From NCBI GenBank assembly GCA_024230435.1, contig JAAERL010000139.1, positions 6,339 through 70,338 of the forward strand: a stretch of 64,000 bases of DNA. The letters run 5' to 3'. The notes beneath the pieces were generated by a model. It did not search any database, was not told the origin of the DNA, and saw nothing but the letters and a program-made list of their open reading frames with translations. Both the position numbers and the translations under genes were made by a program. The number at the start of each line of letters is the position of its first letter. Within the stretch, counting starts at the first letter, position 1. Shown one piece after another: positions 19,219 through 28,786 of this stretch. Origin of the DNA: Desulfobacteraceae bacterium. GTDB lineage: Bacteria; Desulfobacterota; Desulfobacteria; Desulfobacterales; Desulfosarcinaceae.

Positions 19219-19942
19219 GTGAAACACGTACGAAGTATTTTTGTGACGGGATTAATTGGTGTTTGCTTTTTTTTTGCCGGAACATTCATTTATGCTTTTA
19301 AAAAACAGTGTTCAGTGGAAAAAGACAACGCCTTTAACAAGTGATGAAGTGCTTTTCAATCCGGGAATGGGATTGTATCTTCATTTTTCTTCCTTCGATG
19401 CTGATGCGAATGAATGGTTTATGAAGATTTTAAATATCGTTTACTTTTGTACGTAATGGGCTGATCTTAGGCCCGCAGCTGAGAAAGAAGGGCGCCACAT
19501 GGTAATTACTATCTTAAAAATTCCGGCATATTTTATAACATCCGACAGCCAGCGTATTCCTATTGAAAGTAAATGGCGAAATGACGGTATGGCTCCAACT
19601 AATGGCAGCTATGTCGTAGAGTGGACGCTGCATAATTCAGAGGGCGAAATCGCCGCCTCGGCTCAGGTGCTTCCAGCCATACCCACGGCACAGTGGACGC
19701 CAGGAGAAGATATTGAATTATCATCAGTGCTTGAAGTGCCGGCCGGTTTGCCCGAAGGCGCTTACACAATCAAAGTGGCCTTGGTTTCTCCGGAGTCCGG
19801 TGAATATATCATGCTTGGTCTTGCAGGCCGGGACAGTGAAAAAAGATATAAATTATGCACGATCAATGGCTCGGACAAAGCTTTCATTAGCAAGGCCGGT
19901 TCAATTTATGAAGAGGCTTTCGAAAGCGGTTACGGTCAATAG
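19219..19942 (+). pseudogene. remnant of a DUF4874/DUF4832-like glycoside-hydrolase-fold gene
   Basis: A signal-anchor ORF from GTG 19219 ends at TGA near 19340. A shifted frame then gives LFNPGMGLYL...IVYFCT, an in-frame TAA (19454-19456), then WADLRP. The same frame continues into 19499-19942 with a DUF4832-type C-terminus. The total is far too short for the family, which implies an internal deletion. Confidence 0.45.
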
Positions 19943-20373
19943 AATGCTATTGAGCGAATGCATATTCGCATAAATTCACAGAAGGTTCATGAGACAAGCG
20001 GTTTAATGGATCTGTTAGCCCGGCGTTAAGCCACGCCACGATTCCGGTGACCGATAATGTTTCTTTGTTCGCTAAATGCAAATTGGCCGCCTGGATGCGT
20101 GTTGACGAGGTTTTTCCGGAAAAACGCGGCCCCTGCATGAAATTTGCCTTCAAAACGGCAGCAGGCAATTTTATATCTAATGCCAACACCAATTTTATGA
20201 TGTTACAAATCCGGGCCAATGGCAGCAAATGGTCTCTGTGGCCGAAGCGCCCGTAAATGCAGGCCAAATCATTTTGGCTGTTCGGACAGGTGAAAACTTT
20301 TTGATGTAAAACTGGAAATGGTTCAAGATTAATTCGTTAATCTGCTACGAGTGTATCGGTAAATAACATCAGC

Positions 20374-21834
20374 ATGTTGCTAAGTAAAAAATTTTCCCGC
20401 TTTAAGGGTAATCCCTGGAATGTTGTCCTTGTGACCGGAGGATCGGTACTTGGTCAAGGGATCGTGATCCTGGCGATGCCTTTTATCACAAGGCTTTATA
20501 CCCCTGAACAAATGGGAATATATGCGCTTTTTGTATCCATATTCAGTATTTTTTCCATCATTATCGCCCTGCATTACGAACTGGCGATACCGCTGCCTGC
20601 CTCTGACAAGGACAGCTTAACGATTCTTAGCCTGGGGATTTGGGTAACGCTGATATTTTCTATAGTTATTGGAATTATGGCCTTTATCTGCCGGTCATGG
20701 ATTATTTACCTGACTAAGGCGCCGCAGATTGGAAAATACTTTATATTAATTCCGTTTAGCCTGATGTTATCAGGGGCGATCATTCTTTTAACAACCTGGG
20801 CGATCAAAAAAAAAGCCTATAATGTAACGGCTGTATCAAAAAGCGCTAAGGGATTTGGCCAGGTTATTCCTCAGCTTGCCGGAGGATATCTCGGGTTTGG
20901 TGTTACCGGGTTGGTCGTAGGTCAGATTACAGGTCAGGTTGCTTCTTTGGCGGCTTTGTGGCGTGCGACAAAAGGATATCGTAAAAAGCCGGAAACAAAC
21001 CTGCAAAGCCTTTGGGAAAAGGCCAGGCAATATCGCAAATTTGCCATGATTACCACATGCTCCAGTCTTATAAATGCACTTTCGGCGCATTTGCCGGTCA
21101 TAATGCTGACATCTTTTTTTGGAGCAGACATTGCAGGGCTTTTCGCATTAAGTTACCGTGCGCTGCAAATGCCCATGAGATTTTTAGGGGCATCGATTTC
21201 CCAGGTGTTTTTCTCCATGGCATCTGAAGGTTACCGTTCGGGAAATCTTGCCAATGTTACCTGGAAAGTATTCAGGGCCGTTTTTGCTTTCAGCCTTCCG
21301 ACCTTTTTTTTTATTGCCTGTCTTTCGCCTTGGTTGTTCAAGGTAGCTTTTGGAAATCAATGGGAGCAGGCTGGAGTTTTTACACAGCTTCTGGCGCCGT
21401 GGCTGCTTTTTTCCTTTATTACGACACCGCTTTCTATTTTAGTCAGTGTCGTGCAGGAACAAAAAAAGGAATTCTTCTTCCAGATAGCTTATCTGGCATG
21501 TTTTTTGTGCTCAATGATAATCGGGCGCATGGCCGGTGAGGCTAAAATGGCTCTTGGGGTCCTCGGCGTTTTTGGCGGAACGCTTTTAATTGTAAAAACC
21601 TTCTGGATGTTGAGTATTTCCGGGATCAGGTTTTTAAAATTTTTCCGTTTTATGTGCACAGAAGGTTTGCTAAATATCGTGCCTTTCGGCGGGGCATTTT
21701 GGATGATGCAACATATTGCCGCACCTGAGGCGGGAGTAGCTTTATGCTCCTTGATTTTTCTTTTAATACATTTTTATAACTTCAAAATCAGAAATTTGTA
21801 CGGTTTTAACAATGCCCGGCAACTAAACGATTAA
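20374..21834 (+). CDS. wzx: oligosaccharide flippase (Wzx, MOP superfamily)
   Basis: 486-aa polytopic membrane ORF with a Wzx-type N-terminus (NVVLVTGGSVLGQGIVILAMPFITRLYTPEQMGIYALF). Located in the polysaccharide locus. Confidence 0.75.
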   Translation: MLLSKKFSRFKGNPWNVVLVTGGSVLGQGIVILAMPFITRLYTPEQMGIYALFVSIFSIFSIIIALHYELAIPLPASDKDSLTILSLGIWVTLIFSIVIGIMAFICRSWIIYLTKAPQIGKYFILIPFSLMLSGAIILLTTWAIKKKAYNVTAVSKSAKGFGQVIPQLAGGYLGFGVTGLVVGQITGQVASLAALWRATKGYRKKPETNLQSLWEKARQYRKFAMITTCSSLINALSAHLPVIMLTSFFGADIAGLFALSYRALQMPMRFLGASISQVFFSMASEGYRSGNLANVTWKVFRAVFAFSLPTFFFIACLSPWLFKVAFGNQWEQAGVFTQLLAPWLLFSFITTPLSILVSVVQEQKKEFFFQIAYLACFLCSMIIGRMAGEAKMALGVLGVFGGTLLIVKTFWMLSISGIRFLKFFRFMCTEGLLNIVPFGGAFWMMQHIAAPEAGVALCSLIFLLIHFYNFKIRNLYGFNNARQLND

Positions 21835-21842
21835 GGGTCGTG

Positions 21843-21900
21843 GAAGATGCGAATATACCACTGTTGCTTGCCCTTAAATTCGTTTTCGTTATGTTGTGTT
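21843..21900 (+). repeat. repeat family B, left half (B4), interrupted
   Basis: GGAAGATGCGAATATACCACTGTTGCTTGCCCTTAAATTCGTTTTCGTTATGTTG aligns with the left part of B3 and with the inverted B2. The matching right-end piece GCGCAATAACGTCTATATTAGC resumes at 22104, just after copy A3. Confidence 0.55.
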
Positions 21901-21937
21901 AATGTACGCAGACAATTAGTATATCAATTAATATATC

Positions 21938-22103
21938 TTTTAGTATGAACCCATCTTGTATGTCTTTTTTCCCGTCTTGTGCGTTATGCCAAAGATGCGA
22001 ATACGTTAAGTATGCAAACTGATCAGCAAAACTTTGGCGCGCCTTGAATACGAAAAAAAATCGAAGCTCAATCTGGTATATTCTTTTCCGTCAATCGCCT
22101 AAG
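21938..22103 (-). repeat. repeat family A, long copy A3 (inverted, one terminus degenerate)
   Basis: This is the reverse complement of the A consensus: ...CCCGTCTTGTGCGTTATGCCAAAGATGCGAATACGTTAAGTATGCAAACTGATCAGCAAAACTTTGGCGCGCCTTGAATACGAAAAAAAA...TGGTATATTCTTTTCCGTCAATCGCCTAAG. Confidence 0.8.
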
Positions 22104-22329
22104 CGCAATAACGTCTATATTAGCATCTTTTAAAGATCCTAACTTTTTTCAAGATTTACAGTTAGCGCTTATCCATATATTGCCTATCTTGCCTATCCGG
22201 CTTGCCCTATATCTTCGTTGCGCACCAAAAATTTATCTCCAAAATATTAACTCTCGGCATATCAATGCCCGGCATATCAATTACGATGCCTGTGGCAAAA
22301 TGTTTCTCATGCCTTGATATTGATCAATT

Positions 22330-23808
22330 TTGCCTATTTGCGCAAGGACATTAATTAAGGAAAAAGAGGTGTTTTCTACAATAGAATCATTGGCGCTGAT
22401 TAACTTTATTTTTTGCTGTGTCAGAACTTTCTGGTCGTTTTTCATTTCAAAACGGCTTATTGCCGGGAGCTGGTTTTTGATTACCTATCACTCCTTTTTT
22501 GTCTATATGCTGGTCAAATCAGGTGAAATTGTATGGTACAAAAATTTCGATGGCTCCAGGGTTATCCTGACTGATGAATTGTTAGGCTCGGTTTGTCTAT
22601 ACGTTACTGTTTTCAATTTGATTTTTTCTTTTGCCGATTCTTTTATCTATTTGCTGGTTAAACCCAAGAAATCACACGACTGGACTTTGGCCAAAGCTAA
22701 CCCTACGATTCGGAACATTACGGCGGTATACTTTCTATTCCTTTTTGGCGGTGCAGCATTGTACTATTTTAAAATGGCGGGAAAGGGGTATTTGGATTAT
22801 GTTGACTATGCCGGCTCGAATTGGCCTATTGTTTTTTTCTGGGCCGCAGCACCGTTGATTACTTTTAAGACGTTACAAAAACGCTATTTTCAAGCGTTTA
22901 TTGCATGCCTGCCCTATCTGCTTTTCGGGTATTATCTTCATGTAAGATCCTTTGTGTTGCTTTCACTGATTCCAGCCTTGGTAATTTTGATTTACCAGCA
23001 ATATTTCGGCCCCAATAAAAAAGCCATACTCCGAACGTTAGTGCTCATCGGAATCAGTCTTATCGTCTTGATTGGGACAAGCGTAATCATGACGTATAAC
23101 AAGCAAGCAGATACAGGAGGAGGCAAAAGAAAAGCAGAAGGCTTTTCACAATCACTGCCGGATGCAAGCTTGTCCAGGGGCATGGCCATTGTATTTGACG
23201 GCGTAAACCGCGGGCAAAAATATACGGGGTTAAACAGTATTAAAAAATATGTTTTAAATATTTTCTATCCATTTGTCATTCTGGCTAAAAGATTCGGCAT
23301 AATCGATAATACTAAAATCGTGGATACACCGGTTCACATGGCCAGGATGATTGAAGGTTTTTCTGAGCATTCCAAGCTTCTTTATCACTACCCAATGCTT
23401 TGGTACTCAGATGCGTATATCTCATTTGGCATGAATGGCTTGTCGCTGGCGGTTTTGTGGGCGTTTGTATTTGCGGTATGGGAGGCCGGCATCGCCAAAA
23501 GCCAATTTTTTTCAGCCATGTCGCTGCCTTTTTACATATGGCATAATTATATGATCATCAGGGGTGCTGTTGCAGGCGCTGCTGTTCCTTTATCTTACGC
23601 AGTTTATTTTGCAGCGATTGTAGCTTTCGTGTTCTGGAGCCTGCAAAAAATATCAAGCCCGTTTAAACCCGCTAAAGATCATTTCATGGATAGATATTAT
23701 TTCGAAGATGGAGACAACGATGAAGATTTTGAAGATTATCGCAACTCTGAGCGCCGGAGGAGCGGAAACGTTGGCGACCAATTTAGCGATCGAGTATTCA
23801 AAATGTAA
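22330..23808 (+). CDS. polytopic membrane protein, candidate O-antigen/EPS polymerase (Wzy-like)
   Basis: 492-aa ORF with many hydrophobic helices, positioned between wzx and the glycosyltransferases. No diagnostic motif. The start (TTG) is uncertain, and the acidic C-terminal tail overlaps the next gene. Confidence 0.45.
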   Translation: MPICARTLIKEKEVFSTIESLALINFIFCCVRTFWSFFISKRLIAGSWFLITYHSFFVYMLVKSGEIVWYKNFDGSRVILTDELLGSVCLYVTVFNLIFSFADSFIYLLVKPKKSHDWTLAKANPTIRNITAVYFLFLFGGAALYYFKMAGKGYLDYVDYAGSNWPIVFFWAAAPLITFKTLQKRYFQAFIACLPYLLFGYYLHVRSFVLLSLIPALVILIYQQYFGPNKKAILRTLVLIGISLIVLIGTSVIMTYNKQADTGGGKRKAEGFSQSLPDASLSRGMAIVFDGVNRGQKYTGLNSIKKYVLNIFYPFVILAKRFGIIDNTKIVDTPVHMARMIEGFSEHSKLLYHYPMLWYSDAYISFGMNGLSLAVLWAFVFAVWEAGIAKSQFFSAMSLPFYIWHNYMIIRGAVAGAAVPLSYAVYFAAIVAFVFWSLQKISSPFKPAKDHFMDRYYFEDGDNDEDFEDYRNSERRRSGNVGDQFSDRVFKM

Positions 23809-24883
23809 TGCCGATGTTAAATTTTTTTTAACTGCTGGTATTCGCGGCCATTTAGGCGAAAACTTGCATCAGCGCCTGACTGATAACGCAATTGAAGTGC
23901 TGGGAATTCAAAACCGCCGTCCGGCAAGAATATCAAACATAATCAAAATCGCCAGTATTTTAAATACCTGGAAACCCGATATCGTTCATTGCCATTTGTA
24001 CAGTTCAGAAATTGCATTAGCGCTTTCCCGGCCGTTTTGGAGAAATAAAAGACGCCCGTTGATGGTAAGAACACTGCACAGCACAAAAATTTCAGGCAGT
24101 AAATCGCCATGGATTGCAAACCGGGTACGGCGCATTTTTGATTGTTCAGTTGCCTGTTCCGTATCGGTAGAAGACTCTTACAAGGCGTTTTTCAATTGTT
24201 TGACAGACAATAAAGTGAATACCATTTCAAATGGATCCTGCTTAGCGTCAGATGCCCCGGCAGCAGATGAGAAGGCTTTTGCAAGACACGCTCTGGCCTT
24301 GGACGATGATTGTTTTGTCATTGTAAATGTAGGCGGGTTCCGAGGAAATTCCATTTGCGGTGCGCAAAAAGGTCATGATGTGCTTTTAAAAGCGTTGCCC
24401 GGGATTTTAAAGAAAAGGCAAAAGGTTTGCGTGCTTTTCGCCGGAGACGGTCCCTTGCTATCCGAAGCAAAACAGCTTGCATCACAATTGGCAGTTCGTC
24501 ATGCGGTTCGATTTTTAGGCAATGTGCCCGATCCCTGGCAATTGCTGCGTGCAGCCGATGTGTTTTGCATGCCATCGCGGCATGAAGGGCTTTCCATTGC
24601 ATTATTGGAGGCTGGCTCTATCGGTATTCCTGTTGTGGCGAGCAAGATCCCAGAGATCATCCGGATCTGCCCCGGTAAAAGCTGGGTGCTGTTTACCAAA
24701 AATGACACCGCAGCTCTTGAGAAGGCTTTGGAAACTGTGCTTCTAAATTATGAGACCTACAAGGAAGAAGCCAGCGAGGATGCAAAGGTAATACGAAACA
24801 AATACACTATAGAAAGATGTGCAGAGAGTTATTTAAACCTATTTCATGAGAAATCTAAACAAAGGCATTTAAATAAGCGATGA
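23720..24883 (+). CDS. glycosyltransferase family 4
   Basis: The start MKILKIIATLSAGGAETLA has a GGAGA RBS 8 nt upstream. The C-terminal GT4 region reads PSRHEGLSIALLEAGSIGIPVVAS (EX7E-type). Confidence 0.85.
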   Translation: MKILKIIATLSAGGAETLATNLAIEYSKCNADVKFFLTAGIRGHLGENLHQRLTDNAIEVLGIQNRRPARISNIIKIASILNTWKPDIVHCHLYSSEIALALSRPFWRNKRRPLMVRTLHSTKISGSKSPWIANRVRRIFDCSVACSVSVEDSYKAFFNCLTDNKVNTISNGSCLASDAPAADEKAFARHALALDDDCFVIVNVGGFRGNSICGAQKGHDVLLKALPGILKKRQKVCVLFAGDGPLLSEAKQLASQLAVRHAVRFLGNVPDPWQLLRAADVFCMPSRHEGLSIALLEAGSIGIPVVASKIPEIIRICPGKSWVLFTKNDTAALEKALETVLLNYETYKEEASEDAKVIRNKYTIERCAESYLNLFHEKSKQRHLNKR

Positions 24884-26094
24884 ACAAATCCCGGATTCTA
24901 TTGAATTTTCTCTGGCAGGGCGCTGGAGGAGGTGTTCAAAATGCTCTGAGTTTTATTGAAACGCTGAGCACGGTGGCGGATACCGGAAAATTTCACGTTA
25001 TTGCCCGCAAAGATTCCAATATCGCACGCAAAGCCATGGGCCTAGGCTATAGCTGTATGCAAATAAAAGGCAACGGCCCTGCTCGTTACCGCTTTTCCAT
25101 GTTCTGTAAATCCGAGTTTGAAAAGGAGCAGCTTTGTTTTACCTTTTTTGGTCCTCCTTTATTGGGCGCATGTGGGAATCTTATAAATATCTGTGGTGTT
25201 GCATACTCTTGGTTATATTATCCTGAAATAACTTTTTGGAAGCACTACCGCGGGCCTTTACGTTGGAAAAAAGAAATCAAGGCCCGGTCAAAAATGTATG
25301 CGCTGTCCTTTGCAGATTATTGGATTTTTGAAACCCGGACGCTGGCCCAACGGGCCATAGAGCTGGCGAACTATCCCGCCGAGCGTGTTGGTGTAGTGCG
25401 TATGACGCCGAGTTTACTGGTTCGCCCGGAGCGCGTAAAGCAAGGCGCTGCACGTATTTTTGATCAAAGTATCCCCAAGGGGTTCAGATTTTTATTTCTA
25501 GCGATGGCAACATCCAACAAGCGCATCCATCATGCTGCGGCAATTGCGGCTGAACTTAAAAAGATAACTGATAAGCCTTTTTCAATCGTTACCACAATGT
25601 CAACCGAATCCGCTTATTATAAAAAGGTTTCTCAGGCGTTTAATAAGCATAAAGTTTCAGAGCATTTGTGCAATCTGGGCCCATGTCCTTACGATCAGGC
25701 TGCTTGTCTCATAGAGGTCTGTGACTGCATGTGTTTGTTCAGCGTTTTGGAAAGTTTTAGTAACAACTTTGTCGAAGCATGGCAAATGCGAAAGCCTTTG
25801 GTGGCTACGGATAAGGATTGGAGCAGGTCAGTTGCGGGTCAAGCCGCGCTTTATGTCGATCCTGAACAGCCGGAGGCTACCGCCAGAAGCCTGGCTCAAC
25901 TTATCGAAGACGAAAACCGGCGCCGGACGCTGGTTCAAAATGGGGTAGACGCGTTGAAAAACTACCCTACTGCAGAACAAAAATGTAAACAGTATTTAGA
26001 GTGTATTCAAAAAGCATACACTCTTGGTAAATTAAATAAACAGGATCGCAAAAAAATCGAACGTTATAGCTGTTCTCGAAGGATATTAAAATAA
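24880..26094 (+). CDS. glycosyltransferase (GT1/GT4-like)
   Basis: ATGA start/stop overlap with the upstream GT. The C-terminal ESFSNNFVEAWQMRKPLVATD is an EX7E-like motif. Confidence 0.7.
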   Translation: MNKSRILLNFLWQGAGGGVQNALSFIETLSTVADTGKFHVIARKDSNIARKAMGLGYSCMQIKGNGPARYRFSMFCKSEFEKEQLCFTFFGPPLLGACGNLINICGVAYSWLYYPEITFWKHYRGPLRWKKEIKARSKMYALSFADYWIFETRTLAQRAIELANYPAERVGVVRMTPSLLVRPERVKQGAARIFDQSIPKGFRFLFLAMATSNKRIHHAAAIAAELKKITDKPFSIVTTMSTESAYYKKVSQAFNKHKVSEHLCNLGPCPYDQAACLIEVCDCMCLFSVLESFSNNFVEAWQMRKPLVATDKDWSRSVAGQAALYVDPEQPEATARSLAQLIEDENRRRTLVQNGVDALKNYPTAEQKCKQYLECIQKAYTLGKLNKQDRKKIERYSCSRRILK

Positions 26095-26132
26095 AAGTAA
26101 AACAGCACATGTGAGTTACGTTCGAAGTACGT

Positions 26133-26652
26133 ATGGAAATGATTTTTCACTTTTCACGCTATCGGTTGTGCAATTGGGTCAAGTCACAATTTTAGCGCTG
26201 CAGCGGCGCCAGGGCCGGTAAACGTGTCGTCTTTTATCCCGGCGCGCCTGGCCATCAGCAACGATGTAAAGTTTGCAAAAGACATTATTATCACCACCGG
26301 TGGTGGCGTATGTTTTGGAGATCGGGCTATGGCGGGGCATTGCACCCGGATTTATTCCGGACACAAGACAATTTTGAAAGTCGGCAATTTTTTTTTCATG
26401 CCGAATATGAACGCAAACCTGTTCGCATTGCAGAAGAAGTGTGGATAGGAGCCAGCAGTTCTGTTTTGCCGAGGGTAACGCCTTCGCTAAGGCGCGGCCG
26501 TGGCGAGTGGAACTGTAGTGACCAAAAATATTGCAGCCAACACCATAGCGGACGGTGTCCCTGCAAAATTAATAAAAAAAAGCAAATCTTCAGGTGGACG
26601 CTATGAAACAAATATTACAAAATCTTCGCAGCGGGAAAACTACTATAAATGA
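26133..26652 (+). pseudogene. hexapeptide-repeat (LbH) sugar O/N-acetyltransferase, multiple frame disruptions
   Basis: LbH-type sequence is spread over frames. AIGCAIGSS..ISNDVKFAKDIIITTGGGVCFGDRAMAGHCTRIYSGH is in one frame and KPVRIAEEVWIGASSSVLP in another. The text then returns to the first frame for AAVASGTVVTKNIAANTIADGVPAKLIKK, with stops between. Boundaries are approximate. Confidence 0.6.
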
Positions 26653-28786
26653 GGTTCCTGCTCCTGCGCCGGACAAAAACCGGCTGTTAATCCATACCCG
26701 CAAGACATTGATTTCGGCAGGCACGGAAAAAATGCTTGTTGAGTTCGGACAAGCGTCCTTGATCGGCAAGGCAAAGGCCCAACCGGAGAAGGTCAGGCAA
26801 GTTCTGGACAAAATACGCAGTGACGGATTACTGCCGACCATCGAAATGGTGTTTAACCAGCTCGATGAACCTTTGCCTTTGGGGTATTGCAATGCCGGTA
26901 CCGTGCTTGAAGTCGGGGAGCAAGTTATTGGATTCAAACCGGGCGACCGGGTTGTTTCAAATGGCCCCCATGCCGAGCTGGTGAGCGTGCCGCCGCTGTT
27001 ATGTGAAAAAATACCTGAAAACGTCTCCGATGAACATGCCGCCTTTACGGTTTTGGCAAGTATAGGGTTGCAAGGAATTCGGCTGGCAAAACCAGGATTG
27101 GGCGAGACCATCGTTGTTTATGGGCTGGGATTGATCGGTCTGATCACAGTGCAGCTTTTAGCTGCAAACGGCTGTAATGTCATCGGCATTGATATCAATA
27201 AGGAACGTATGGCGCTGGCCGAGCAATTCGGGGTCAAAACCGTTGATGCCAAAGGCGGCGTTAATCTTGTCACTGCTGTTTATTCATTAACAAAGGGGCG
27301 CGGCGCCGATGCTGTTATAATTACCGCCTCGGCTAAAGGAAACGAAATTATTCACCAATCGGCTCAAATCAGCCGCAAGCGCGGACGGATCGTGTCGGTG
27401 GGAGTCGTGGGAATGAACTTGAACCGGGCTGATTTTTATGAAAAGGAGCTGAGGTTTCAAGTTTCCTGTTCTTACGGTCCCGGACGCTATGATGATGCTT
27501 ATGAACAAGAAGGCAATGACTACCCTATTGGCTTTGTGCGTTGGACCGAACAGCGTAATTTCGAAGCCGTGCTTGACATGTTGAGTACGCAACGTTTGAA
27601 GCTGGACAGTTTAATCACCCATCGCATACCGATTGGAAAAGCAGATCAAGCCTATAAAACCATACAGAAAAATTCCTCAGCGTTAGGGGTAATCCTCGAT
27701 TATCCGGCTGTTGCGGATCAGTCCAGAACGGTAACTGTCACGAGCAGCCCCTTGAAAACTCATGGCAAGGCCGTTGTCGGGATCATCGGTGCGGGCAATT
27801 TTGCAAAAATGACTTTGGTTCCGACCCTTTCCAAAACATCCGTCCGCATTGAATACATCGCCGCACGAAGCGGCAGTTCTGTTCAGCATTTGGCCGAAAA
27901 GTACAAGATCACCCAAGCTGTGACCGACTACAAAATAATGCTCGATGATCCTAAGCTGAGCGCGGTTATCATCGCAGTAGGGCATGATCTTCATGCCCGG
28001 CTTATTTGTGAAGCCCTGGCAGCGGGCAAGCATGTATTTGTAGAAAAACCCCTGGCCTTGAACACCAATGAAGTGATGGAGGTTTTAAAGGCCATGGACA
28101 ACGCCCCCAAAAATTATCTGATGGTTGGCTTCAACCGCAGGTTCAGTGCGCATATAATGAAAATGAAATCCTTGCTCAAAGGCCGCAGTGAGCCACTGGC
28201 AATGAACTACACTGTAAATGCGGGATATATCCCTAAGCATGTTTGGGTTCAGGATACTGTTCGCGCAGGAGGACGCATCATCGGTGAGGCCTGCCATTTT
28301 ATCGACCTGATGGTTTGGCTGACCGATTCTCTGGTGTGCTCGGTGGCGGCGCAAAAGATGGGAGGCTCCGTATCTGTTAAAGAGGATAAAATGGCCATCA
28401 GCCTTGGATTTGAGGATGGGTCGGTGGGAACGATTAATTACTTTGCCAACGGATCGAAGAATTATCCCAAGGAGCAACTGGAAGTTTTTTCCGATCAAAG
28501 AATTTTAAAGCTGGATAATTTTCGTAAGACTTCCGGATACGAATTTGATGGATTTAAAAACTTCAAAACAACCCGCCCGGACAAGGGGCACAGAGAACAA
28601 TTTGCCGCTTTTATAAAAATAATCGAAGAAGGCGGCAATTCGATTATTCCTATTGAGCAAATCGTAAATGTCTCTTTGGCCAGTTTTGCTGCTGAAGCAG
28701 CAGCCGATGATAAACGGACCATTGATTTGGAAAAACGCTATTCACGTGTAATAGAGCAGCTTTCGCGTTTGTATGAATCCTATTAA
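26603..28786 (+). CDS. bi-domain oxidoreductase (N-terminal Zn-type alcohol dehydrogenase/MDR plus C-terminal Gfo/Idh/MocA)
   Basis: The N-terminal half has the MDR pattern (GYCNAGTV, GDRVVSNGPHAE, VYGLGLIGL Rossmann). The C-terminal half has a Gfo/Idh/MocA Rossmann (VGIIGAGNFA) and EKPLALN. ATG 26603 is preferred over GTG 26594 because of the AGGTGGA RBS. Confidence 0.85.
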   Translation: MKQILQNLRSGKTTINEVPAPAPDKNRLLIHTRKTLISAGTEKMLVEFGQASLIGKAKAQPEKVRQVLDKIRSDGLLPTIEMVFNQLDEPLPLGYCNAGTVLEVGEQVIGFKPGDRVVSNGPHAELVSVPPLLCEKIPENVSDEHAAFTVLASIGLQGIRLAKPGLGETIVVYGLGLIGLITVQLLAANGCNVIGIDINKERMALAEQFGVKTVDAKGGVNLVTAVYSLTKGRGADAVIITASAKGNEIIHQSAQISRKRGRIVSVGVVGMNLNRADFYEKELRFQVSCSYGPGRYDDAYEQEGNDYPIGFVRWTEQRNFEAVLDMLSTQRLKLDSLITHRIPIGKADQAYKTIQKNSSALGVILDYPAVADQSRTVTVTSSPLKTHGKAVVGIIGAGNFAKMTLVPTLSKTSVRIEYIAARSGSSVQHLAEKYKITQAVTDYKIMLDDPKLSAVIIAVGHDLHARLICEALAAGKHVFVEKPLALNTNEVMEVLKAMDNAPKNYLMVGFNRRFSAHIMKMKSLLKGRSEPLAMNYTVNAGYIPKHVWVQDTVRAGGRIIGEACHFIDLMVWLTDSLVCSVAAQKMGGSVSVKEDKMAISLGFEDGSVGTINYFANGSKNYPKEQLEVFSDQRILKLDNFRKTSGYEFDGFKNFKTTRPDKGHREQFAAFIKIIEEGGNSIIPIEQIVNVSLASFAAEAAADDKRTIDLEKRYSRVIEQLSRLYESY

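Noticed and set aside
19947-20267. 106-aa minus-strand ORF (and the overlapping 69-aa plus-strand ORF) in the gap before wzx
   Set aside because: No motif, RBS or family is recognisable. A weak P-loop-like FSGKTSS is not in a credible context. It may be a further gene remnant, but I cannot support a call.
26590-27111. Long antisense ORFs inside well-supported genes (26590-27111, 13103-13711, 54660-55271, 60085-60600, 61599-62126, 1591-2028)
   Set aside because: Each is fully contained in, and opposite to, a CDS with strong family motifs. Their translations are low-complexity or Arg/Ser/Pro-rich, as is typical of antisense frames in GC-richer coding DNA.
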